Assembly (NCBI RefSeq): GCF_009914755.1
Contig: NC_060926.1
Direction: 5' to 3' (one strand)
Source: the human T2T-CHM13v2.0 reference genome, Homo sapiens
DNA: 64,000 nt
This document shows, in pieces, positions 1 through 12,360 of the stretch (position 1 is the stretch's first letter; each line of letters opens with the position of its first letter). The translations under genes were made by a program, and so were the position numbers. The notes beneath the pieces are model-generated. The model saw only the letters and a list, made by a program, of their open reading frames with translations. It made no database searches and was not told where the DNA came from.

Positions 1-2420
1 ATGAAAATGTGGATCCATATGTTTACTTTCATTTCTTCCAAAAACCCCCAGGAAAAAAAATGGTATAAAGAAATTTTTTTCCCAAGCATTAACTCAAACC
101 AACAGAAATAAAGAGGAGGCAATCGCACTGGAAGCTGCAGAGAAAATGTGTGAGGGGGATGTGATTCGGCAGACTCAAGGCAGCAAGTGGAGCAGCAGAG
201 AAGCACCTGATGCATCCCACAGACGCCTGATAGAGGGCAGAACCAGCAGCCCCACTTTGGGAGGGAAGGCAAAGGGGAAGCTCAAAACCAGAAGATGGGT
301 GGGAAGTCGGCTTCAGCAGCGGTCAGAGCCCATCCCTGATCCACACAGACAGGCACCTGCCCTGCCACACCCTGGTAGAATATGTAAGAGGTAAAACACA
401 AGGTGTCTGGGCTGGGGAATATGGACACAGCTGAGGGCTGGGGTGAGTAATGAAAAGAGAGGAATTAAAAGAACATTTATATTGACAATCTAAACGTTGA
501 GATTTTTTCAGCCCTTTTGTGCAACTCAGCTTCTAAAACACTGGCAGTGGTGTCTCCACTCGAGGCTGGACACTGGAAGATCCTCCTCTGGGGAACCTGA
601 ACAGCTCAAGAGGAAAGACCAAAAAAATACTGAAGTATGAGTTCCCCAAAGAAATGACCCAGCCATGTCAGCCTACAGTTGACAAACCCCACCTGCACAC
701 TTGGAGTGTCCATTCAGCCTTCCAGCATCCACTCAGAATAAGCAGCCAACACGGCATTATCAAACATTTAAGGAAAGCCTTTAAAAAAAAAAATACAGGC
801 AAAAGCAACAGGGTGAAGGGGACAAGGTGAGGGGAGATTATACAGGAAGAAGAAACCGAAATGATCCATTAATGATACGTTCATGAAATAAAACCAGGAT
901 GTTCTCTTGAAAAGTAAAATAAAAGGAACATTTACAGAGTAAATGAAAGCACTTGGAAATTAATATAGAAGCCATAAAAACTTATGGAAGGCTGGGACAG
1001 CAAGTAGACGAAATTCACCAGAAAGTGTTATAAAAATAGAGTGATGGAAAATAAGAAAGAAAGTAAATGTAGAGGACCAGTAAAAGAGTTCTAATCTCCA
1101 AATAATGGGGCTTTTAGAAAGAACTGAGAAAATGGAAGAAATCATCAATGGAATAATTCAAAAGAATTGTCCAGCACTGATGGACAAAGTTTCAAAGAAT
1201 AAAAGGACTCACCAAGTATCCAGCATAAGGGATGGAAACAGACCCATACAAAAGCACTTCAGGGAAATTTCAGAACACTGGGAACCAAGCAAAGACCTCA
1301 CAAGCCTCCAGAGAGAAATGAAAGGTCACATACAAAAAATAAGGAGTCATAATGGTTTCAGAAGTCTCAATAGCAATGTGGAAACAAGAACTCAGTGACA
1401 CAACATCTTTAAATTAAAGTTATTTCTAACCTGGAATTCTATAGCAAGACAAACTAACAATTCAGTGTGAAGGTAGAATAATGGCACTTTCCGATATGCA
1501 AAGGGTCACCAATGTACTTCATTTTTTTTCAGAAAGCTACTAAAGGATGTGTTCCACCAAAACGACACCATAAACCAAGCAAGTCAAAAAAGAAAAAGAG
1601 AAGACATGGGATTCAGGTTGAGGACCAGGGCATCCAACATGGAGAAAGATGAAAGTCATGATGATGGCTGAGGGGGATCCTATGAAGACAGTTATCCTCA
1701 ACACACTGAGGGCAGCTAGTCCTAACTGGAACAGGTCAGAGTATTCTAGAAGATACTTCTTTAAGAAGATGGAATTGATAGAACCCTCAATGAATGCATG
1801 AAGTGTTCTATCTGAATGCATGGAGAGATGTAACTATTGACAGAATTTGGAGCTAAACCAGTGGTAAGTATATAAAACTCTAAGCAAACAAATTATCAAA
1901 AAGATAATGACCAACTCCAGCAAAAGTATAAAGTTATGCAGAAAAGGTAAAATAATAATAATGTTCTAAATGATTCATTGTGAACAATGTTTACATAGTT
2001 ATAATAATGTAACCACTAACTATTGACCCAAATTTTGATATAAATATGTTGAGAGGTTGGAAGATTGGGAAGTGTGAGTGGTGTGTGTCTGTGTTTGTGT
2101 GAGTGTGTGTGTGTTAGAGATGAGAGGTGGGGTAAGGGGAAGCTAAATTTTCATATTCCACAGTGAGAAGTCAATAGATAATGCCTAAAACTGAAAGACC
2201 AAGACGTACCAGTGTTTAAGTGTGATATTTCGATATCTAGAGTTAAATCAATAAGGTAAAAGAGTAGAAAGTACTCAGCTGGCTCTGAGGAGAAGGAAAT
2301 TGAAGTGTGTGTATGGTAGGAGGTAAAGGGGGTTAGATAGGTACTTAGAATTTTTAGAATAAACCCCCCTACAGTATGTGATTTTTAGCTACATGCCTGT
2401 ATCATTTTGATAAAAACAAA
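1..2420 (+). mobile_element. Ancient HAL1/L1M-type element, near full length, with decayed ORF1
   Basis: ORF 1105-1398 resembles L1 ORF1 (..EEIINGIIQKNCPAL..RTHQV..NRPIQKH). The 3' part has HAL1-typical text (aatgtttacatag.tataataatgtaa..actaactattga). No ORF2 remnant. Confidence 0.6.
1945..2060 (+). repeat. Left arm of 116-bp inverted repeat (partner 3127-3242)
   Basis: 109/116 identical to the reverse complement of 3127-3242 by manual alignment. Confidence 0.9.
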
Positions 2421-2491
2421 TAGAAAGAGAGGGAAGGAAGGAAGAAAAAAGAAAGAGAGAGAAGGAGGAAAGGAAATAATTTTAGAGACCT

Positions 2492-2784
2492 GGCTAGGGG
2501 CAGTAGCTCATGCCTGTAATACCAGCACTTTGAGAGGCTGAGGTGGGGATTGCTTAAGCCTAGGAATTCAAGACCCACCTGGGCAACATGACAAGACCCT
2601 GTCTCTATAAAAAATACAAAAATGAGCCAGGTGTGGTGGCATGCACCTGTGATCACAGCTACTCAGCAGGCTGAGGTGGGAAGATTGTTTGAACTAGAGA
2701 GGCAGAGGTTGCAGTGAGCCGGGATCATGCCACTGCACTCCAGCCTGGCCAACCCAGCGAGATCCTGTCTTAAAAAAAAAAAAA
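2492..2784 (+). mobile_element. AluJ-like SINE
   Basis: Dimeric Alu with A tail and TSD tttagagacct. Confidence 0.9.
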
Positions 2785-2860
2785 TTTAGAGACCTAATAG
2801 TGATAAAAATGGGATGTAGCCTAATAGATCAATTGTGAGTTTTTATAGAAAATGAAAACC

Positions 2861-3033
2861 AGCCAGATGCAGTGGCTCACACCTGTAATCCCAGCTACTG
2901 GGAAGGCTGAGACAGGAGAATCGCTTGAACACAGGAGGCGGGGTTTGCAGTGAGCCGAGATCGTGCACTGCACTCCAGCCTGGGTGACACAGCGAGACTC
3001 TGTCTCAAAAAATAAATAAATAAATAAATAAAT
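2861..3033 (+). mobile_element. Monomeric Alu (left-arm start fused to right-arm body)
   Basis: gcagtggctcacacctgtaatcccagc runs directly into right-arm tactgggaaggctgagacaggagaatcgc; (AAAT)n tail. Confidence 0.8.
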
Positions 3034-3126
3034 ACCAATGTCCAAAATATTGGGGAAAAACCTGTATGCTTTAAATAAATATAGACTAGATCTACATCTC
3101 ACCTGAGCTCTAAACTGTATAACCAA

Positions 3127-3242
3127 CCATCCCCTCAATATATTTATATCAAAATTTGGACCAATAGTTAGTGGTTACATTATTATACCTATGTAAACAT
3201 TGTTCACGATGAATCATTTAGAACATTATTATTATTTTACCT
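3127..3242 (-). repeat. Right arm of 116-bp inverted repeat, embedded in an L2 fragment
   Basis: Reverse complement of 1945-2060 with 7 substitutions and no indels. Confidence 0.9.
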
Positions 3243-3251
3243 CTGCCAACC

Positions 3252-3283
3252 TTTTACATGCTGTCAAATGACAGCATGTAAAA
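3252..3283. repeat. Perfect 15-bp-arm palindrome with 2-nt loop
   Basis: ttttacatgctgtca-aa-tgacagcatgtaaaa. Confidence 0.95.
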
Positions 3284-3597
3284 AAAATGTATTCATGCTC
3301 TTTCCCTCAAACCTCCTTTCTTCTGCCATTTTAAGTTATAACATTACCACACCACTGCTCTGTCCCTCACCAGCAACAGCCCATGGAATCTGTCCATTGT
3401 CTATTCTCTTAGGCCAATATCATCCTTCCAAACTGGTCAGCCTGCTTCCTGTCCATTCTCTATCATGCAGGCAGAGTGATCTTTCTAAAACTTAAAGCCA
3501 ATCATTTAATTTTCTTGCTTAAAACACTTCAGTGGTTACCACTGCCTTTAGCACAAGATTTGAACCCTTCAACCTAACATCTAAAACTTCATAATCT

Positions 3598-3910
3598 AGC
3601 CAAGTGCGGTGGCTCATGCCTGTAATCCCAGCACTTTGGGAGGCCGAGGCCGGCAGATTGCTTGAGGTCAGGAGTTCAAGACTAGCCTGGCTAACATGGC
3701 AAAACCCCATTTCTACTAAAAATACAAAAAAAAAAACAATTAGCTGGGTATGGCAGTGCACACCTATAGTCCCAGCTACCTGGGAGGCTGAGGCATGAGA
3801 ATCACTTGAGTCTGGGAGGCGGAGGTTGTAGTGAGCTGAGATTGCACCACTGTACTCCACCCTGGGCGACAGAGCAAGACTCCATCTCAAAAAATTTAAA
3901 AAAAATAAAA
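3598..3910 (+). mobile_element. AluS
   Basis: Full dimer with 16-bp TSD taaaacttcataatct (3582-3597, 3906-3921). Confidence 0.95.
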
Positions 3911-4217
3911 CTTCATAATCTGGCCTCTGATTACCTCTTGAGACTCATTTCATAACATTCCCAGGAATGTGTTTCCCATTCCACACCTCTAAGTTCCATG
4001 CAGCCATACTGAAGTCCTTTGCAGGTGCTCAAGTTCAGGCTGCCCTCACCTCTGGGCCTCTGCATCACTGTTCCCTTTATTCTAAAAGTCCTCAAACTAA
4101 AATGATATGCAAAATTATGTGTGAGTGTATGTCTCTATGTATATATACACAATGCACATGCGTAAAAACTTGCAAAAATTGTTGACAGTTATTTATAAAT
4201 CCTCTGAATACCAACTT

Positions 4218-4268
4218 TGGACCCACTTTAAGAACCTCATCCTGGACCCACCTTAAGAACCTCTTCCT
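4218..4268. repeat. 25-bp tandem duplication
   Basis: tggacccactttaagaacctcatcc / tggacccaccttaagaacctcttcc. Confidence 0.8.
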
Positions 4269-6000
4269 GAAGCTATAAGCAAACTTACAGCTGATATTAA
4301 AAAGTTCTGAAATACGTTATTCAGCATTTTTGCATACAAAGTATACATAAATTACACATATCAGTATCAACTCTTTTATGTCACTGGGATGCTATTTATT
4401 GCCCTTTGTCCAGAGAAAGTTAGCTGATTATTATGTTAAAGCTGGTTTCTCTGGGAAAGCCTTATTCTAGGGAAAAACATCCTTTCACTGTTCTAAGAAC
4501 AGCGGGATCCTAGAATGCGAATACTTCTGCCTCATAAGAATGCCTGAGCATGCTGTTACAAAAAAAAAAAAAAAAACTTAAAAAAAATTTGGATGATATT
4601 AGATGAACAGCTGTGTAGAAAAGGGGATGTAAAAATAAAAACTGCATGTTAGAGCATCAAAATAGTAACCATGTACAGTATAGGACTGTTTTTAATCAGA
4701 TGAAGATTGAAGCTATTACATTTCAAATCAAATGTTATAAATTAGTTCAAGAATGCAGCTGAGCTCTCATTTAATTAGAAATGTCCATGTTTAAATCATG
4801 AGGTACAGTAGCTGCCAATGAAGCAAAGGGCAAGGGAAGGGAGAAATCCTGTGTCCAGACTCACTGATTCTCAACTGTCTCCTACACAGGATGAACATCT
4901 GGGGTGGACCAGTCCTGATGTAATGAAGAACTTCATGTACTAGCTAATTTGAGATTTAATGTAATTGTCCATAATTGTTTTGAAGACAATTAAAATCATT
5001 ATTCTGGTCTGGACAATTCTGAACTCTTCATTTTTGTGTGGAACATATTTCCCCACCCCCCCATGCTGAATTTTAACTCTTTCTTGGATAAAACGTAAAG
5101 CAAGTCTGGAGCCAAGATTTCCCTTGGATAACCCTTCAACTGTCAGGTCACATAAAATGCAGCATAAGTAGTGAGGTACTCCTTTGGAAGCAAGTCTCAT
5201 TTCCTATTTCTGGTGCTTAATGTAGCTCAGCTAAAGTCCAAATCTACATCCCAAATGTTAGACAATTCACCATTAATTAAAAATGAGGCAACATCATAGA
5301 GGGATTTCTGAGGTCATACAGAAAAGAATGCAATTATCCTAAGGCGGCTTTTTTTCCCCGAAGATTATAAGCCTCTGCATCTTGTAATTAACCGTGGTAC
5401 AGTTAGACAGTCCAGGCAAAAGGTCTTTCTTTTCTCCCAATTTGCCTAATTCAAAAACACCTCAAGTGACATAGCTCAAATTTTTCCAAATTAACCTTAC
5501 CCCTGGGGCTGAAATCATTCAAGTGGCAGTTCAGCTCTAAAGAAAATCTTAGAGTTGTGCACAGGGAAAAAAGGAAAAAAAAAAGTCAAAGGAAAAAGGG
5601 GTAAGAGTTAACATTTAAGTGGATTTTCAACCTCATCATTACCCCTGCTCAAGAAAATAGGACACAGATAGATAGGCAAAACACACCATCATTCTGCCCT
5701 GAAGAGCCTAAAAGACTTACTAGAAACTGCTATTGTTTCCTCAAGATCTACTGTGAATTTGTGAGGGATAAAATTATAGATTTTTTTTTTTTTGCCATAT
5801 CCCACAACATTTAGTGTTCCATAATGTCATGGGGTAGGAAGTGGAGGGGTGTGTCACAAACACACAGTGTATTGTTGATACAGTTCTTCAAGATCAACTT
5901 TTCCCGGGGGCTGAGGAGTGATTTGATTCTCACAAGCTATTTCAGTTTGTAAAAATGGTTTCCAGTAAGAAAGAACACATAACCCCAAACTTTCTCTTAC

Positions 6001-6153
6001 TTCTGGCCACCACTCCACACTATTCCACTGTGACACCAGAGAGAGGGTAAATCGGAATCAAGTCCACTGCTCCCAGGCAAGGGTGGATTCCCTCTTGAAC
6101 TTCCATATCGATAGCCTGGAAGGCCTCTAGGCAGGCAGCCAGAACAGAACTGC
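6001..6153 (-). CDS. FTCDNL1: FTCDNL1 exon (153 nt, phase 1-1) carrying the catalytic-His motif and an in-frame premature TAG at 6022-6020: (G)SSVLAACLEAFQAIDMEVQEGIHPCLGAVDLIPIYPLSGVTVE*CGVVAR
   Basis: ttttgcatttttag|GC AGT TCT ... GTG GAA TAG TGT GGA GTG GTG GCC AGA A|gtaaga. The translation aligns with FTCD [36 protein letters not shown] on both sides of the stop. Confidence 0.9.
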
Positions 6154-6531
6154 CTAAAAATGCAAAATTGTGAAAAACAATCATTCAGCTTTCAACTGCA
6201 TCTAAAGAAAAAGCTATGATTTTGTTGGTCCCCTAGTTGTTTTTCTTCTGTAATCTGTGTAGAAGATTTTTTGTCCAAAATAATGAAAAATACAAAATCT
6301 AACCTTTCCCCTCACCCCACCTCCCAATAGTCATAAAACTTGACATTTCTTCCAGCTTTTTCCTCCCCAAAGTGGGAGAATTATACAAGATTTATTGGTC
6401 TTATACTATTTGATTTTTTTTTACAATTGTTTACTTTAAATTTTTTCAATTGTCTCCAATTAATTTAATCAAATTCCTTATTTTCAGAATGCCTTATGAG
6501 TAATTATATTAAAATAGATACACAAACATAA

Positions 6532-6735
<204 letters not shown>

Positions 6736-6905
6736 TAATTATATTTTTCATTGAATTATTATAGCTAAATGCATATTATAGACACCTAAGAGTTTTGTGA
6801 TATTACTCTGAGTTTTCATTAGTAATACAGTATGACCATTTTAGCAATAGAGGAAAAAGCAGATTTTTATCCTGTATTAAGACAACATTCAAGATAATCT
6901 GTCCA

Positions 6906-7214
<309 letters not shown>

Positions 7215-7645
7215 CTATGCTTGCTGAAGTTATCTGTAAGCTCTCTACTAAACCTTACAATGTCCCTATAAGACATGTCAACTCATGGCCCAACTCCAGA
7301 TCTCAAGCTCCCAACCCAGAATGCACTGCTTAGCATGTTTCATTCTATGCCAGCTTAGCAGTGAAATGAAAGCTGACTTCAACACTATTACTTCACAGGC
7401 TAAAACCTGAAGATGTCTTTTCTTAACCCCAAAGGATATGTGATCACCTTCAGCAAAAAAAAAAAAAAAAAGTTATGAAATCTTGGACCCCAAGGTTCAC
7501 TGTAACAAAGAGGAAATGGAGACTCTTTGAGATTTACATGTTCAGAAAAATGATTAAGTGTAGCTTTGTGGTAGACTCTTTACTTAATAGAGGGGAGTAT
7601 TCAGATTTACAGAGGAAATCAATGATTAGAGAATGTTCAGGTCTA

Positions 7646-7843
<198 letters not shown>

Positions 7844-9859
7844 TTAATAGTTAATTTCTTCTGGTATATTTAAATTTAGCTTAGTGGAAAAATTCTGGGA
7901 TGTGACTTTTGGAAGTGACATTGAATAAACATGAAATTCATGAGAGGCAATGTCCACTTTTCTTACAGCATCTTATTGTATAACCAGATGGCTCAGCTCA
8001 GACACAAGCTTTTGATGTCTATAAGAGACACTCTTTTGGACTTGCTACTGAATTTGCCAAAATTCCCTTAACTCAGTCTAAGATGGTAGCTCCTTTCTTC
8101 AATAGCCAAATCATATGGCTCTAAATCCTGTTCCTTATCAATCTCATCACCTAGGCCTTGTCAATATTTCCTTCCAAAATCCAGAAACTAAACTGTTTGG
8201 GTCAAGATCTGACATCTGGTAAAACTAGAATAGACCAATTAGTGCCCAGAGCAGAGGTTTTTGAGACGCATGCACCTGTCCATTAGAAACTGTTCTGAGT
8301 CCACCATCTCCTTTTCGGAGGCCACCAACAGCCTTCAGATGTTAACAACTTCCAGCTTTTGGTGGTTTGTGACTCTCTTGAATATGTGTAACCTGGAGGA
8401 GAAAGCTGACATTCCCTTGTGTGGCAGCCATACATAACCCTAGAGTTATTTTTGAAGTTTACAAGCATGGTCCAGGCTTCTTAAAAGTCCCCCTTAAGCC
8501 TACAAAAGCAAATTCAAAGTGAAGGACAAAAGTTTTCAGGCGGTAATTAAACCTTTGGTTATGCTATTATACCTTGTCTCCTTGTCCCCTGGCAGCTTAA
8601 CAATTAATCTTTTCAGAGGAAAGGAAAAACAAGTTACACCCAGGAACTACAGAGCTTAGAACAGCCCTACACTATTAATTTTAATAATGTGAGAAGATAA
8701 ACATATGTCACTCACTCATGGCCAAACGAGCATCTGTAGAGTCCTGCCCTGGTGTAGGTCTAAAATTTATTACTCAGATTCCTTTACCTAAGACCTTTCT
8801 AGGCCATTTAAATGTGCTCACATTGCTTAATTAGAAAAAAAAAATACAGTTTATATGGTTTTATTCCACTCACTTAAAAATAAATGCCTTTAAAATATTT
8901 GTAAAAAAAAAAGGTTCATTTTCTTAACTAGTGCTACCTTCCTTGCATTTTGAAAACTACAAAAGATGAAGTAAGAAGAAGATCATGCAACTTCCTATTT
9001 TATATAGTTTTTCAACATACTCTAACTCCTGGAAGAAAAGAGATATGATGTAATTTTTTTCATCCTAAATCTTCTCCTGAAAAGCTTTTATTCTCAGTTT
9101 CATATGATTCAATTGAATCAAATGCTGAAAGAATAAAACACTCTCCTGCAATTTCTTAAGCATGCATATAGAAAAGAAATTACTGCTGGCAAGAGGAGCT
9201 GTCAGTGTGAATCTCAGCAGAAGTAAATTGTTTGGTATTTGTAATGGAGTATAATAGCTATAATTCCATTTGAGCTGCTGCCACTAATAAGCTGATAAAA
9301 ACTGTGAGTTGAGACCCAGGCATCCATCAGTGTGTGTCTTCCACAAATGTCTCTGCACATTCACTTAATCACAGAGACAGGCAACCCAATCCCATTAGAT
9401 GTACTGTTTCTGACAATGAAGAGCCCGAGCTGGCTCTTTCCACAAAAAGCATGCAAAATCACAGCTGCATACCAACTCCAAAGAAGTTTTCTTATCAGCA
9501 ATTATCAGGAATTTTCATAGACATTTCTAGCTCCTGCAAAGTTGCAAGACAGTAACTTAAATGTGCTCACAGTTAAGATGGGTTGGGGGAAAACACTTCT
9601 TTCTTATGAAAAGCAGTAACCACATTAAAAATGACAATCGGAAATTAAAATTTACTGTCTGAAATGCTTTAGGGTTGGTTTCACCTGTTGCCAAAAAGTT
9701 ATTGATTTAATAACAGCATTCTATTTAAATGATTGTATACACTGTTGTGTGTATTAGTGTGTGTGTCAAAGTAAAGACAAATAATACCTAACCATGTGTC
9801 ACCACAGGAACATTTTAAAAAATGAAATGTTTTTTAAAGAGCAGTATCTTTCATAGTAA

Positions 9860-10010
9860 TACTGGCCGAGGGAATAAGGAGGCATGAGTTCCAGTCTTCT
9901 GTCACCAAATTGCTGAGTGATCTTAAGCGCATCATTTAAATGCACTTGCCTAACAGTGTCTATACAGAGAAAAGAGGGTAGAAATAATAATACTGTAATG
10001 ATTGCATGGG
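9860..10010 (+). mobile_element. MIR fragment
   Basis: MIR core-like text (tgagttccagtc..gtcacc..tgctgagtgatcttaagc...aataataatact). Confidence 0.5.
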
Positions 10011-10427
10011 CTTTGCTGGCAGGAGTGCTGGGAAAAGTAGTTGGTATTTGGCAAGTTTATTTTTCATTTAATCTGCTCAATAAAAAGCATAAGGTACGAT
10101 TATGCTCATTCTATTAATGATCAAATAAACGACCCATGAGGGAAACATTATACTTTTATGTAAATACATCCTCCCCAGGAGCCTGTCAATATCCTGAACA
10201 ACACGCATCTCAGAGATTCACACGCAAATGTTAAGAGCTGCGCTGCTGAGCGTATGCAGACATTTGGAAAAGAGCATATGTGCACATCTGAGTAACTGAG
10301 CTATCTCAGTATCCTGGAGTTGCGCAGAGCTGCAACAGCTCAAGAGCAAGGAGGAAAATTCAGGAAGAAAGAAAGAAAAGTGTTCTGTAGATACAGTGTG
10401 CACAGTACAAAAATTACTAAATTATCA

Positions 10428-10610
<183 letters not shown>

Positions 10611-11531
10611 TTATGTGTCTCTAGAGTTGATTCATATTTTCATGTTTTAACTATAAAAAAATCATAACTTTTTGGAAACGAAGCAGTCATAATATGAGCA
10701 CTTTACTATTTCATTCCTAGAAAAATTCTAAAGCATAAAATCTCCAGATTGACTAAAATAAGAAACCATGTGTACATGGTCACATACATATAAACCTTGT
10801 AACGACACTGGAAAATACCTGGCAGGGTCCTCAGCGTGAATTTCATCATGTAAGTGAAAGTTTTTCATTAAAGTATGTTATCCCATTTTAAGCATAGTTT
10901 TCCTTAGCCTTATCCCTGTTTTCAAGGTCTGTACTATTTTACAAACAGGTATGTTTTTTTTGTTGTTAAACTAGACTTAGTGGGGAAATGCAGAAAAAGA
11001 AAATGAGGAAGATTATTTAATATGTGGATTCTTATAAAAGAAATTCTTGCAGCAAAAATGAAAGTGTCTACAGGCCATGCCATGGACATTATACAAATAA
11101 ATAAGGAAGCCATTTGGATGGTTTACATGACAATTGTCTAAGTTCCTCCTTGTTCCACCAAAGTTTCTAAATCAGTTTAAAGTCTTTTTACAAAATTCTG
11201 TAACTTGAAAGATGATACATATTCTGATACATATTATTCAATAATATCAAAAATGTGATTTTTGTTGAAAATTAATTATACAGGTTTTGGAGGTTGCTTT
11301 GATACTTTTTAGTACTCTAGAATAGCATTTTTGACACATCTTTCCATACTTCAAATGATATTCATGATCTAAAGGAATTAAAACATCTTAAAATAATAAG
11401 AAAATAATTTCCCTCTTCAAGTTCAGGACCTCATAACTTTGGTCTCTTTTAAATACCATAACTAAAAATAGATGAGGCCCTCATGAATTCATTCAACAAA
11501 TATTTAATGAGGGTCTTTTTCTGACAGGTAA

Positions 11532-11587
11532 TGTTCCCTGTGTGAGGGATACCAACCACTGTTCCCTGTGTGAGGGATACCAACCAC
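11532..11587. repeat. Perfect 28-bp tandem duplication next to an L2 3' end
   Basis: tgttccctgtgtgagggataccaaccac twice with no mismatch. Confidence 0.95.
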
Positions 11588-12360
11588 AGTGGTCTAACTC
11601 TGAGACACGCGTTAAACTTTAGAGTTTAAGCTAAAAGTGCTCTGGTGCAAATAATGGTGCTCTTCCTCAATAAATCCACTGGCTTGTTCGCCAGGATCAT
11701 TCGTTGGCCTAATCATCTTAACCTAGAGAGAGCTCAGGCTTCGTAGCTAGCTCAGGTTTGCAGGCAGGTTTTCATATCATGTCCATCATCTCATCACTGA
11801 AAATTCATAAAAATTCTGTCATTAGGTTTTTCTAGATATTAATAACATTGTTGTAATAAAGCAACCCAGACCTCTCGTTTCTATGTAAACAAAAAATTGC
11901 TTTACACAAGGGGTGTGGGCGTCTTCTGGTTTTCATTTGTTTTCAGTGTGTTTATGCAGCTTAATTGTCTCATCAGGCACTTTCCCAACATAATTATGCT
12001 TTTTAACAAATGGTGTTTATGGCAACCCCTAACAGTGCAAAAGAAAGGATTAGTTTCATCCTCTCATTCCACATTTTGATTCCCTGTGGACAGCTAAATC
12101 ACACAAAGATGGTGTTAGAAAAATTCACCTTCACAGCGAAGCTGAAATGAGCGGCAGTACCAGGCTCAGAAAGTGACCCAAACGCAAGCCCCCCAAAACA
12201 CTCTGTGTTTGGGACAGGGAGATCCTAGTCCTCCCAGCTCATCCTTCAATTACCATTGGATGACCTCTGGTGATAGATTAAACACGCGGCCGTCCCCCGC
12301 CCCCGCGCCTCCCCACCCGCGGAGAACCTAGCCTAGCAAGTGCAAAGTGCAGCAGTTCAC

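Larger units (their letters stand above)
3085..4100 (+). mobile_element. L2 fragments (interrupted by the inverted duplication and an AluS)
   Basis: Pyrimidine-rich L2-like text (cagagtgatctttctaaaac, cttaaaacacttcagtggtt). Confidence 0.55.

Noticed and set aside
1105-1398. 97-aa ORF as a domesticated L1 ORF1-like gene
   Set aside because: Short, non-ATG-anchored similarity that shifts frame midway; consistent with neutral decay of a HAL1/L1M element.
4865-4925. Plus-strand acceptor-like tract (ctgattctcaactgtctcctacacag|G) with weak donor 30 nt later
   Set aside because: It is antisense to the gene with a weak donor and no supporting promoter; likely chance.
6017-6022. Programmed readthrough or selenocysteine recoding of the FTCDNL1 stop
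   Set aside because: The codon is TAG, not TGA, and the 3' context (TGT GGA) is not the CUAG/CARYYA readthrough motif. A simple GAG>TAG mutation is more parsimonious.
5854-6036. 60-aa minus-strand ORF overlapping the exon end
   Set aside because: It is in a different frame from the FTCD-homologous one, has a GTG start, runs through the donor into the intron and shows no homology.
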